Shown here piece by piece: positions 32,644 to 41,849 of a stretch of 43,282 nt of DNA. Under the pieces are notes generated by a model. The model did no database searches. It saw nothing but the letters and a program-made list of their open reading frames with translations, and was not told the DNA's origin. How positions within the stretch are numbered: position 1 is the first letter of the stretch; every line of letters begins with the position of its first letter. The DNA is from a virus: UHGV virus genome UHGV-0369400. One strand, written 5' to 3'. A program made the translations under genes and the position numbers.

Positions 32644-33810
32644 ATGGCAAAAGCAAATCTTATAAAAACAGAAAACATTCAGGTACGCGCGAGAGAGGTA
32701 GATTTTGTAACCAGATTTGAACGCAACTGGGAGCACTTATCCGAAATTCTTGGTGTGCTGAGAATGATAAAAAAAGAGCCGGGATCAACTCTGAAATCCA
32801 AATATGCAACCGGAACTTTACAGAGCGGTAAGGTCGCAGAGGGAGAGGAAATTCCGTACTCCAAATTCGAGGTAAAAGAAAAAGAGTATGCTGAAATGGA
32901 TGTGGAGAAGTACGCAAAGGCTGTATCCATCGAGGCAATCAAGACTTATGGCTACGATGTGGCTGTGGAGATGACAGATGAAGAGTTCCTCTTCCAGCTC
33001 CAGACGGATGTAACCGGAAGATTTTACACCTATCTTAAGACCGGTACCCTTACCTCTACCGAGAACACTTTTCAGATGGCTCTTGCTATGGCAAAAGGCC
33101 GCGTTGAGGATAAATTCAAAAACATGCATCGTTCCATTCCGAACGGCATCGCAGGTTTTGTAAACATCCTTGACGTATATGAGTATCTTGGCGCTGCAAA
33201 CATCACCGTTCAAAATCAGTTCGGATTCCAGTATCTGAAAGATTTTATGGGATTCAATACCGTGTTCCTGCTGTCTGACAGCGAGATCCCGCGCGGCAAG
33301 GTGATCGCTACACCGGTAGACAACATTGTGCTTTACTATGTTGATCCAAGCGATTCCGACTTTGCACGTGCTGGGCTCTCCTATACAGTGTCCGGAGAAA
33401 CCAATCTGATTGGATTCCATACTCAGGGCAACTACAACACTGCTGTATCTGAGGCATTTGCAATCATGGGCATGGTGCTGTTTGCTGAGTATCTGGATGC
33501 TATATCTGTGATCACATTTGGATCATCTCAGACTCTTGGCGATCTGACTGTACAGTCTACAGCTGGATCATCCAGCGGCACAACAAAAATCACTGTTAAC
33601 CCAGACAAAGGAAACGCTGGAAACGTCTATAAATACAAGGTGGCAGCTTCTGAGACTACTGTAGAGTATGGTCAGAATGTGAAAAACTGGAGCGCGTGGG
33701 ACGGCAAGAGCGATATCACAGCGGCCAGCGGACAGGTTATCACTGTAGTTGAGTGCGACAGCACATATAAGGCGCTGAACGCAGGACATACGACTGTAAC
33801 CGCACAGTAA
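32644..33810 (+). CDS. Major capsid protein with a C-terminal Ig-like (Big_2-type) decoration domain (388 aa from ATG 32644).
   Basis: Position after the scaffold. The C-terminal approx 90 aa (TVQSTAGSSSGTTKITVNPDKGNAGNVYKYKV...TTVTAQ) looks Ig-like. Confidence 0.65.
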   Translation: MAKANLIKTENIQVRAREVDFVTRFERNWEHLSEILGVLRMIKKEPGSTLKSKYATGTLQSGKVAEGEEIPYSKFEVKEKEYAEMDVEKYAKAVSIEAIKTYGYDVAVEMTDEEFLFQLQTDVTGRFYTYLKTGTLTSTENTFQMALAMAKGRVEDKFKNMHRSIPNGIAGFVNILDVYEYLGAANITVQNQFGFQYLKDFMGFNTVFLLSDSEIPRGKVIATPVDNIVLYYVDPSDSDFARAGLSYTVSGETNLIGFHTQGNYNTAVSEAFAIMGMVLFAEYLDAISVITFGSSQTLGDLTVQSTAGSSSGTTKITVNPDKGNAGNVYKYKVAASETTVEYGQNVKNWSAWDGKSDITAASGQVITVVECDSTYKALNAGHTTVTAQ

Positions 33811-33825
33811 TGAGGAGGTTCCGGC

Positions 33826-34326
33826 ATGGCATATGTAGATTATGAGTTTTACCAAAAATCATTTTTCGGCAATGTCGTGCCGGAATCTGATTTTATGAGG
33901 ATGTCTGAGAGAGCAAGTGACTTTATTGACAGCTTGACATTTGACCGGTTGGCAGACGGATTACCGTCCGATGATCGGCAGCAGAAACGTATAAAAAAGG
34001 CGATCTGTGCTGTTGCAGAAGCACTGTATCAGATTGATATAGCTGAGAAAAATGCACTATTAGCCGCAATCGGCACATCAATTTCTATCCCTGGCGGAGG
34101 TACCGCTACTGGAATAGTTACATCTGTATCGTCTGGTAGTGAGTCTAAATCCTACGCCACTCCTCAGCAAATGGGGGCAAGTGCTAAAGAATGGAGCGCA
34201 GTATATGCCACCGCCGGAGATGCACAAAAAACGAACGACTTACTCTTAAAGATAGCTTTACCGCTTCTGATGGGAGTAAGGACGGATGAAGGGATACCGA
34301 TTTTATATTCAGGATTTCAAGGTTAA
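33826..34326 (+). CDS. Head-tail connector / adaptor protein (gp6-like).
   Basis: Position immediately after the capsid gene. Size 166 aa. Confidence 0.4.
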   Translation: MAYVDYEFYQKSFFGNVVPESDFMRMSERASDFIDSLTFDRLADGLPSDDRQQKRIKKAICAVAEALYQIDIAEKNALLAAIGTSISIPGGGTATGIVTSVSSGSESKSYATPQQMGASAKEWSAVYATAGDAQKTNDLLLKIALPLLMGVRTDEGIPILYSGFQG

Positions 34327-34660
34327 TATCTTAGGCTCTGAATGGAGCATGAAGTTCGGGAACGAGAAAGAATATCCGAATCTGACAAATGCAGATGGCT
34401 ATATTGATTTATCAACACGGGAAATTGTGGTTGATGATATGGAGGCATCGCAGGGACAGATTGGAGCAAAGGCAGACCTTGAAAGCTATCAGAAGCAGGT
34501 TGTTAGACACGAAATCATTCATGCATTTCTGCTCGAATCTGGACTTGATTCCAATTCAAACAGTGCTGCCAGTTGGGCTGTGAATGAAGAAATGGTCGAC
34601 TGGTTTGCTATTCAGTCACCGAAGATTTTTAAAGTGTTCAACGAATATGATTTGATGTAA
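34286..34660 (+). CDS. Small protein with an HExxH motif (VRHEIIHAFL), 124 aa.
   Basis: It overlaps the upstream gene by 41 nt. Start codon uncertain. Confidence 0.35.
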   Translation: MKGYRFYIQDFKVNILGSEWSMKFGNEKEYPNLTNADGYIDLSTREIVVDDMEASQGQIGAKADLESYQKQVVRHEIIHAFLLESGLDSNSNSAASWAVNEEMVDWFAIQSPKIFKVFNEYDLM

Positions 34661-34677
34661 TTGCGTGAGGTATATCA

Positions 34678-34974
34678 ATGAAATTTAGAAAGAAACCAGT
34701 TGTAATTGAAGCATTTCAGTATGATGGTGATTTGAAAGATAGGGACGGTAAGTATTATGTGCCGGACTGGGCAGTAAAAGCCTTTAAAGAAGGAACAATG
34801 TATTATATCATTCCAAGGGCGAAACCATCTGATACTCCAGAATTGTATATCAAAACTCTGGAAGGCAATCATCATGTATCTATTGGCGATTATGTTATCC
34901 AGGGTGTAAACGGAGAATTATATCCGTGCAAACCAGATATTTTTGAAAAAACTTATGAGGAGGTATCTGAATGA
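34678..34974 (+). CDS. Hypothetical head-tail joining region protein (98 aa).
   Basis: ORF preceded by GTGAGG. Confidence 0.4.
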   Translation: MKFRKKPVVIEAFQYDGDLKDRDGKYYVPDWAVKAFKEGTMYYIIPRAKPSDTPELYIKTLEGNHHVSIGDYVIQGVNGELYPCKPDIFEKTYEEVSE

Positions 34975-35240
34975 TGGACATTTCAACATTAGGCTCGTGT
35001 ATAGCAATCGTTATGATCTGCTACATCATAGGAATGGGCTGTAAAGCATCAAAAAGAATCTCGGATGAATGGATTCCGGTAATAATGGCGGTTATTGGTG
35101 GAATTCTTGGAGCGGTCGGAATGGGAGTTATCCCAGACTTCCCGGCATCGGACTACATTACAGCGGTTGCTGTGGGAATGTTCAATGGATTGGCAGCCAC
35201 AGGAGTGAACCAGGTATATAAGCAGAGCATAAATAAGTAA
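34971..35240 (+). CDS. Holin-like small membrane protein (89 aa, 2-3 TM helices).
   Basis: GAGGAGG RBS. TM1 LGSCIAIVMICYIIGMGC, TM2 WIPVIMAVIGGILGAVGMGVI, possible TM3 YITAVAVGMFNGLAATGV, charged C-terminus. Confidence 0.4.
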   Translation: MMDISTLGSCIAIVMICYIIGMGCKASKRISDEWIPVIMAVIGGILGAVGMGVIPDFPASDYITAVAVGMFNGLAATGVNQVYKQSINK

Positions 35241-35443
35241 TGGGTGGCTGCGGATCAGCAAGTGGTATGAGCGATAAGGGAAAGCCGTATGGAACAGAGT
35301 ACGAAACGTTATATCAGGCTGGAAATATTAAGTATGTCAGATATAGGGATGGTTCGACAACGGCTCCTATGGAAACTATGACGAAAACGGAACCAGAAGG
35401 CGGAACCGTGGCGGTATCTTCCGTGGGCTGCATGACAGTATAG
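35240..35443 (+). CDS. Hypothetical small protein (67 aa).
   Basis: ORF only. Confidence 0.25.
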   Translation: MGGCGSASGMSDKGKPYGTEYETLYQAGNIKYVRYRDGSTTAPMETMTKTEPEGGTVAVSSVGCMTV

Positions 35444-35612
35444 GTAAAAAACGCCTATTCTTATCCGGATGTAATGCAATGGTGGAACGATTGCACCCGG
35501 AAAGCATTATATTTTACGGCAGTGTGCCGGAGGAATGTAAAGGAAACATTGTAAGGGTAAAACATTTTTCAGACAAACTTAACGAGGCAAAGTGTAATGG
35601 GTGGTAAATATT

Positions 35613-36074
35613 ATGTATGACAAAACAGTGACGGTTTTTAACTACTACGAATCCTTGACAACCGGCAAGGTGTACTGGTATCCGCATGTCCTTCCTGGCG
35701 TTGATCTGATAACGGATCATGGCGCTATCTTAAAAAAATACGGTCCCGACAGCTCTGACAATGCTGTGCTGCATATATCTTACATTCCGGACGGCGACAA
35801 TGTGATGGTACGGCAAAGCGGTGACAGCTTTATGCTATGGTTAGCACCAAAAGAGTGGAGTAGACAGGTCAATGATGATCTGCCAGAGCGCCTAACATTT
35901 GGACCAGATGACTTTTTTTGGCTTGGAGAATGGACGGGCGGAACGGTAACGGATGATGATTACCTTGGCGGATTTTATCAGTATATGAACACCCAAAGGG
36001 ATAATGTTTATAAGGTCAGCAGTGTAGGTGGTCCGTATACCGTTATCCCTCATTTTGAAATTTTAGGTAAGTAA
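35613..36074 (+). CDS. Head-tail joining / minor structural protein (153 aa).
   Basis: RBS-like GGTGG lies 8 nt before ATG 35613. Position fits. Confidence 0.4.
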   Translation: MYDKTVTVFNYYESLTTGKVYWYPHVLPGVDLITDHGAILKKYGPDSSDNAVLHISYIPDGDNVMVRQSGDSFMLWLAPKEWSRQVNDDLPERLTFGPDDFFWLGEWTGGTVTDDDYLGGFYQYMNTQRDNVYKVSSVGGPYTVIPHFEILGK

Positions 36075-36566
36075 ATGAGCTCAAAGACACGACATTTTAA
36101 GGGTTTTTCCGTTGTTGATGGGGATGTACACGTAAAGATAGGATATGACCGTTTTGAAACGCAATACAAGCGGGCACAATACCAGCTTGACGGTGCTGTA
36201 ATGAATAGCATGGTACCCTTTATGCCAATGGTTACAGGCAGCTTTATAAACACAACCAGAGCCGCTAGTGCTGCGGAACAGGGAACAGGAAAAGTATTTG
36301 CTGCTTATGGACCACAAGGCAGATACCTGTACGAGGGTAAAGTCATGGTTGACGAAAAGACCGGATCACCTTGGGCGAGGCGTGGAGCGCGGAAGGTGCT
36401 TGTGAGTGAATACACTGGCAAGACAAATGCTCGAGAAAACATATCTTACACGCATCAGGCACATCCTAAAGCGCAAGATCACTGGTTTGATGCTGCAAAA
36501 GAAGCGGACGGAAAGACATGGATTAAAGACGTTAAACGCATAGCCGGAGGAGGAAAACATGGATAG
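36075..36566 (+). CDS. Minor capsid / head-tail joining protein (163 aa).
   Basis: Position upstream of the major tail gene. Start overlaps the upstream stop. Confidence 0.4.
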   Translation: MSSKTRHFKGFSVVDGDVHVKIGYDRFETQYKRAQYQLDGAVMNSMVPFMPMVTGSFINTTRAASAAEQGTGKVFAAYGPQGRYLYEGKVMVDEKTGSPWARRGARKVLVSEYTGKTNARENISYTHQAHPKAQDHWFDAAKEADGKTWIKDVKRIAGGGKHG

Positions 36567-37056
36567 TAAGCCAATCGGCATGGATGCCAGCGGGTATGAG
36601 ATTTTGACACGTGCCGTTAAATCGCTTTTAAATCAATATCCAGGTCTTAAGGATGGTGAAATCATTAAATTTGAAGAGCTTACTAAAGACTCTGGATTAG
36701 CCTTTTCGGCTGATAACGGCGCATTGGTGTACGCCGAAACTGAAGACGTATGCGGCGGCAGGCATCAAAAGTGCCAGTACCCGTTTTATGTTGTATACCG
36801 GACGGCCTCAAATAAAGAGAGGCTAAAGCTTAGCGCCCAAGAGTTCCTCGACACTCTTGGGAAGTGGCTGTGCCATGAACCGGTAGTAATAAATGGTGCT
36901 CAAACGCGTCTTACGACTTTCCCGGCATTGTCAGAAGGCCGGGTTATAAAACGAATCACTCGCGATAACTCATACGGACTGGAGCCAAATGAAAACGCAG
37001 TACAGGATTGGGTACTGCCGGTAACAGTTCAGTATACAAATGACATAGAATTTTAA
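36559..37056 (+). CDS. Minor capsid / tail terminator-like protein (165 aa).
   Basis: Position fits. GGAGG RBS. Confidence 0.4.
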   Translation: MDSKPIGMDASGYEILTRAVKSLLNQYPGLKDGEIIKFEELTKDSGLAFSADNGALVYAETEDVCGGRHQKCQYPFYVVYRTASNKERLKLSAQEFLDTLGKWLCHEPVVINGAQTRLTTFPALSEGRVIKRITRDNSYGLEPNENAVQDWVLPVTVQYTNDIEF

Positions 37057-37077
37057 CCATAGAAAGGAAATGATAGC

Positions 37078-37575
37078 ATGATTGGACGTAAGTACTTGGC
37101 GCATTACATTGACGCAGCCTTTAGCACATCAACTCCGACTTATGTAAGAATCGGAAAAAACCTGGAAGAGTACAATGAAGAGCTGAACCCTGATGTTGAG
37201 GTTACTAAAAACATCTTAGGCGAACAGTCAGTGCAGCACTCAGGCTATGAAGTACAGTCAGATGTAGATCCTTTTTACTACGAAGATTATGACGATACCC
37301 TTAGCAACAAGATCATGGATCTGGCCAATACAAGAGCCACAGGCGATAAGTGCAAGACCACTATGGTTGATGTGCTGTTAAAGCCAGGATTAACCGAGGA
37401 TGCTGCGCCTACTGCAGTATGGGCTTATAGAGAAGATGTTTACTTAATCCCGAACAGTGTAGGCGGCGATACATCCGGCATACAGACTCCATTTACTGTG
37501 TACAAAGCTGGAAACAGGGTTAAAGGTACATGGGATGTAAGCAAGAAAACATTCACACCATCAGATTTAGGTTAA
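37078..37575 (+). CDS. Major tail protein (165 aa).
   Basis: Position before the two chaperone genes and the tape measure. Size is typical of siphovirus major tail proteins. Confidence 0.55.
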   Translation: MIGRKYLAHYIDAAFSTSTPTYVRIGKNLEEYNEELNPDVEVTKNILGEQSVQHSGYEVQSDVDPFYYEDYDDTLSNKIMDLANTRATGDKCKTTMVDVLLKPGLTEDAAPTAVWAYREDVYLIPNSVGGDTSGIQTPFTVYKAGNRVKGTWDVSKKTFTPSDLG

Positions 37576-37586
37576 AGGAGATTTAA

Positions 37587-37994
37587 ATGGGAAAGCAGTT
37601 GGTACTGGATAACCGGGAGTGGATCGATATTGTTGACAGCAAAGGAAATGTGACAGGCGGATTTTATTGGAACCCTGCGGATCTGGATATAGTAAAACGC
37701 TATGAGAAAGTGGCAGCAGAATTTGAGAAAATACAGCTTCCAGAAGGGGAAGACATTGATAAGATGTATGCCATCTCAGATAAAGTAAAAGAGCAGTTTG
37801 ATTATCTGTTAAATACCAATGCATCAGAAGCTCTGTTTGCCGGAGCTAATCCATTTACCCCACGTCCAGACGGAACTCTTTTATGTGAATATGTGTTAAG
37901 CGTTGTTGCAGGATTCATTGAAAAAGAGCTGGATGTTAGAGTACGGAAGACTAGTGCAAAGGTAAAGAAGTACACGGACAAGTATAAGAAATGA
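37587..37994 (+). CDS. Tail assembly chaperone (gpG-like).
   Basis: AAAGGAG RBS. Position between the major tail and tape measure genes. Confidence 0.5.
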   Translation: MGKQLVLDNREWIDIVDSKGNVTGGFYWNPADLDIVKRYEKVAAEFEKIQLPEGEDIDKMYAISDKVKEQFDYLLNTNASEALFAGANPFTPRPDGTLLCEYVLSVVAGFIEKELDVRVRKTSAKVKKYTDKYKK

Positions 37995-38548
37995 TAGGTT
38001 ATAATCTTCCAAAAGTAATAAATATCGAAGGCATTGATTACAATATCCAGTCGGACTTTCGGGTCATACTGGATATTCTCATAGCCTGCGAGGATCCGGA
38101 TCTGAATGATTATGAAAAGCAGGATGCCATGTATCAGATCCTGTATGTGGATTCGGATACAATCCCTGTACACTGCTATGAAGAGGCATGCAAAAAGGCC
38201 GCTGATTTTATAGATGGTGGTCTGAATGATAAGCGAAGACCACAGAAAAAGGTCATTGACTGGCAGCATGATGCAGCTATCATTATGCCAGCTGTTAATA
38301 AAGTGGCTGGCAAAGAACTTCGTGCAGAGAAATACATGCACTGGTGGACATTCCTGGGATATTTCATGGAAGTGGAAGACGGTCTCTTTTCCCAGGTGTT
38401 ATCGATCAGGCAAAAGAAAGCAAGACATAAAAAGCTGGAAAAATGGGAGAAGGAATTTGAAAAGGAAAATCTGGACCTGGTTAAGCTGCCGGTAGTCCAG
38501 AGTGAAGAGCAGAAACAGGAGATTGCAAACCTTGAAAAGTGGCTGTAA
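37991..38548 (+). CDS. Tail assembly chaperone, Gp15-family-like (185 aa).
   Basis: ATGA overlap with the upstream gene. Lies immediately upstream of the tape measure. Acidic / basic C-terminus. Confidence 0.45.
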   Translation: MIGYNLPKVINIEGIDYNIQSDFRVILDILIACEDPDLNDYEKQDAMYQILYVDSDTIPVHCYEEACKKAADFIDGGLNDKRRPQKKVIDWQHDAAIIMPAVNKVAGKELRAEKYMHWWTFLGYFMEVEDGLFSQVLSIRQKKARHKKLEKWEKEFEKENLDLVKLPVVQSEEQKQEIANLEKWL

Positions 38549-38554
38549 GGAGGT

Positions 38555-41413
38555 ATGAGCGTGCAGGCAGACGGAACAATACTGATTGATACCACAATTT
38601 CGGAAGATGGCTTTAAAGCCGGATCTAAAGATATAGAACTTGCTGCCAAACGCATGGCAAAGACAGTCAGTGATATTGGAGATAAATCTAAGATAGCGCT
38701 TCAGAAACAGTTGGATTCCTTTTCAAAGTTAAATGCGCAGTATGCGGCACAGGAAAAACGGGTTGAAGCCCTGAAAAAGAAAATAGAAGAATTTAACTCC
38801 CAGAAGATCCCTACAGAAGAATATGCAGAGATCCAGAAGCAGATAGCAGAGACGGAAAAGAAACTCGCAGCATTAAATGAACGCCAGGAAAAATTTGTAA
38901 ACACTGGAGGCAAAACGAACAGCAAAGCTTATGCTGGCATGCAATACGAAATTGAACAGCTGAAAAAGACCCTTGAGTACGCAAAGGCCGAAAAAGAAGA
39001 TCTTGAAAAAAGTGGCGGTGCATTTACTTCTGGGGCGGATACACCTGCCGCTCAGAAGGCAGCAGCCCAGCTGGAAACAGAGCAACAGAAGCTTGCTGAT
39101 GTTAATAACCGGGTGAATACGTCCTTTATGGCTCTTAAACAGAAGATACAGGAATATGGCGGAAGCCTGGCAGCGGCAAAAGGAGAAACTTCAGATTGTG
39201 CAGGAACACTTGACAGAGTTAAACAGGGATTCCACTCTCTGGGCTTAGGTGTCAAAATGCTGTCTGGCGGGATACTGAAAACAGCAGCAAAAGGAATTAA
39301 AAACATAGCCTCCTTGGCGGCAAAGGCATCTGTAAGCCTTGGAAAACTGGTAGGTAAGCCGATCTTAAACGGGCTTGTAAAGATGACTACCGGTATGTTT
39401 GGAATCCATAAATCTGCGAATAAGACTACATTAAGCCTGAAAAATCTGGTTAAGTATGGCTTGGGTATCCGGACATTGTATGCACTGTTCGGCAAGATGA
39501 GAAGTGCTGTTGTTGAAGGTTTTAAGAACCTGGCGCAATATTCTGGATCAACCAATAAAGATATTTCCAGTCTGATGTCTTCCATGACACAGCTTAAGAA
39601 CAGTTTTGCAACAGCATTTGCGCCCATATTATCTGCAGTAGCTCCGGCGCTTAATTACTTGATCGGACTGCTTAATACCGCAGTAACGGCCATTGCTCAG
39701 TTTATGGCAGCACTGACCGGAAAAAGCACAGTAGTAAAAGCTACAAAGGTACAGCAGGATTATGCTAAGTCTCTAAAAAAGACTGGAAGTGCTGCCAAGG
39801 AAGCAGAGGGAGAACTGGCCGCATTTGACAAATTAAATGTTAAGAAAGCAGATTCTTCTTCCGGAAGTGGTGGAGACGGTGGCGTATCCCCATCCCAGAT
39901 GTTTGAGACTACACCTATTGAAAGTTCGATCAAGGGCATGGCTGATAAGATCCGCAGCCTGATCAAGGCCCAGGACTGGACCGGATTAGGCGCATATCTG
40001 GCTCAGGGGATCAATGCAGGTCTTCAGAAAGTCTATGATGCTATTAACTGGGATCATGTAGGACCAAAGATCACAGCTTTTGTAAATGCCTTTACACAGA
40101 CATTTAACAGCCTGGTCAAAAATATTGACTGGGACTTAATGGGAAGGACGGTAGGCGCTGGTTTAAATACCCTTGTGAATACATTAAATCTTCTGGTTGA
40201 TGGTATTGACTGGGTACAACTTGGAAGCAAGATTGCAGAGGGCTTTAACGGTTTTGTTGATGAAGTAAACTGGGAAAACCTGGGAAAGCTGTTTGTAGCA
40301 AAGTTTAATATTGTATTTCAAACATTATTAGGATTTGTAACAACCTTTGACTGGTCTAAAGCGGGAACTGCCTTGGGAAAAGGCATTAATGGAGCTATTG
40401 CAAATATTGACCTTAAAAGCTACGCACAAGCTATAAGCAGGCTTGCAAAAGGTATATGTGATGGTATCAGTGCGGCATTGATAGAAACAGACTGGCAAGA
40501 GGCCGGTGAAAAGATAGCCGAGGGACTTGCCACTATAGACTATGCAGGAATTGCTGCTAGCCTGTTTTATGGGTTAGGAGCGGCCCTTGCATCATTAGGC
40601 GAGTTCCTTTATGGTCTGTTCCATGACTCTATAGAGAGTATGAAGAGCTACTTTACAGAGTACGCAAAGCAGGCTGGTGGAGACTGGGGGGCAGGTATCC
40701 TTAATGGTATCATAGATGCAGTTAAGGACATAGGGAATTGGATCAAAGAACATGTATTCCAGCCGTTCCTAAATGGCTTTAAAGATGCATTTGGTATACA
40801 TAGCCCGTCAACTGTTATGGCAGAAATGGGCGGATATCTGATTGAAGGATTGAAAAAGGGTATCACAGATATGCTTCCCAGCTTGAATGAGGTCATAGAA
40901 AGCCTCAAACAGGCAGTAAACGGCCTCATAACATTTATCAATGGAACATTCTCCGGAGATTGGGGAAAAGCCTGGGAAGGTATTAAGGATATCTTTAAAG
41001 GTGTTTTCAATGGCATTGTATCCATTGCAGAGAATGCAGTGAATTATATTGTCAGAGCATTGAATAGGGTCAGTTTTGATGTGCCTGACTGGATCCCGGA
41101 GATTGGTGGAAAGACTTTTGGGTTCCAGCTTCAGGAAGTCAGACTTCCCCGCCTTGCTTCTGGTACAGTGGTTCCGCCTCGTGCTGGTGAATTTGCTGCA
41201 ATCTTGGGAGATAACAAGAAAGAAACAGAGGTTGTCTCTCCGCTGTCAACCATGAAACAGGCACTAAAAGAGGCACTTCAGGAAGCTGGTGGCCTGGGTG
41301 GTGGTGATATAGTAGGATACATTTATCTGGACGGCAAAGAAATGGGTGCATCTACGGTTAAATTTGTCCGTCAGGAAAAGAAAAGGACGGGAAAAAATCC
41401 TGTCTTAGTGTAG
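38555..41413 (+). CDS. Tail tape measure protein (952 aa; the start may instead be the GTG at 38561).
   Basis: Long ORF with an N-terminal coiled-coil region, a central hydrophobic / Gly-rich region and a C-terminal segment. Position fits. Confidence 0.85.
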   Translation: MSVQADGTILIDTTISEDGFKAGSKDIELAAKRMAKTVSDIGDKSKIALQKQLDSFSKLNAQYAAQEKRVEALKKKIEEFNSQKIPTEEYAEIQKQIAETEKKLAALNERQEKFVNTGGKTNSKAYAGMQYEIEQLKKTLEYAKAEKEDLEKSGGAFTSGADTPAAQKAAAQLETEQQKLADVNNRVNTSFMALKQKIQEYGGSLAAAKGETSDCAGTLDRVKQGFHSLGLGVKMLSGGILKTAAKGIKNIASLAAKASVSLGKLVGKPILNGLVKMTTGMFGIHKSANKTTLSLKNLVKYGLGIRTLYALFGKMRSAVVEGFKNLAQYSGSTNKDISSLMSSMTQLKNSFATAFAPILSAVAPALNYLIGLLNTAVTAIAQFMAALTGKSTVVKATKVQQDYAKSLKKTGSAAKEAEGELAAFDKLNVKKADSSSGSGGDGGVSPSQMFETTPIESSIKGMADKIRSLIKAQDWTGLGAYLAQGINAGLQKVYDAINWDHVGPKITAFVNAFTQTFNSLVKNIDWDLMGRTVGAGLNTLVNTLNLLVDGIDWVQLGSKIAEGFNGFVDEVNWENLGKLFVAKFNIVFQTLLGFVTTFDWSKAGTALGKGINGAIANIDLKSYAQAISRLAKGICDGISAALIETDWQEAGEKIAEGLATIDYAGIAASLFYGLGAALASLGEFLYGLFHDSIESMKSYFTEYAKQAGGDWGAGILNGIIDAVKDIGNWIKEHVFQPFLNGFKDAFGIHSPSTVMAEMGGYLIEGLKKGITDMLPSLNEVIESLKQAVNGLITFINGTFSGDWGKAWEGIKDIFKGVFNGIVSIAENAVNYIVRALNRVSFDVPDWIPEIGGKTFGFQLQEVRLPRLASGTVVPPRAGEFAAILGDNKKETEVVSPLSTMKQALKEALQEAGGLGGGDIVGYIYLDGKEMGASTVKFVRQEKKRTGKNPVLV

Positions 41414-41423
41414 GAGGTAAGGC

Positions 41424-41837
41424 ATGCAGAAAGACTATAGAGGTTATCTGGTAATGTTTGGGAACACACAGCTCCCAAACAGTTTCCTTACCCGGTACAG
41501 GTCAACACCGGACCAGCGAATAGAGAAAAAGGCTTGGCGAGATAATAATGAGTCCTTGCAGAGGGTGACCTCTCCTAATTTCAAAACGACTCTTAATCTG
41601 GAATTGAGACCATTATCCCAGAGGGAAAAGGATCTGTTTAATTCTATTAAGGCCAATGGCTTGCAGGATGCTACCCAAAAGAAGTACAGAGTGACCTACT
41701 GGAATTTAGATACATGTGTATATGGCACCGGTTCTTTTTATATCCCAGATACAGAGTTTGCTATTGACCACATAGCAGACAATGACACCGGTGAAATGTA
41801 CTATGAGAAAGTAACCATTGAAATGATCCAGTATTAA
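41424..41837 (+). CDS. Distal tail protein-like tail component (137 aa).
   Basis: Lies immediately after the tape measure. GGAGG RBS. Confidence 0.4.
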   Translation: MQKDYRGYLVMFGNTQLPNSFLTRYRSTPDQRIEKKAWRDNNESLQRVTSPNFKTTLNLELRPLSQREKDLFNSIKANGLQDATQKKYRVTYWNLDTCVYGTGSFYIPDTEFAIDHIADNDTGEMYYEKVTIEMIQY

Positions 41838-41849
41838 GGAGTGAAGCAG

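Noticed and set aside
37587-38548. Programmed -1 frameshift joining the two tail assembly chaperone ORFs (G / GT-like).
   Set aside because: The second ORF has its own ATG overlapping the first stop (ATGA). No heptanucleotide slippery sequence is evident near the end of the first ORF. Simple translational coupling is sufficient.
38176-39627. Minus-strand ORFs 38176-38655 (159 aa) and 39052-39627 (191 aa).
   Set aside because: They are antisense to the chaperone and tape measure genes, with no RBS and biased composition. Treated as shadow ORFs.
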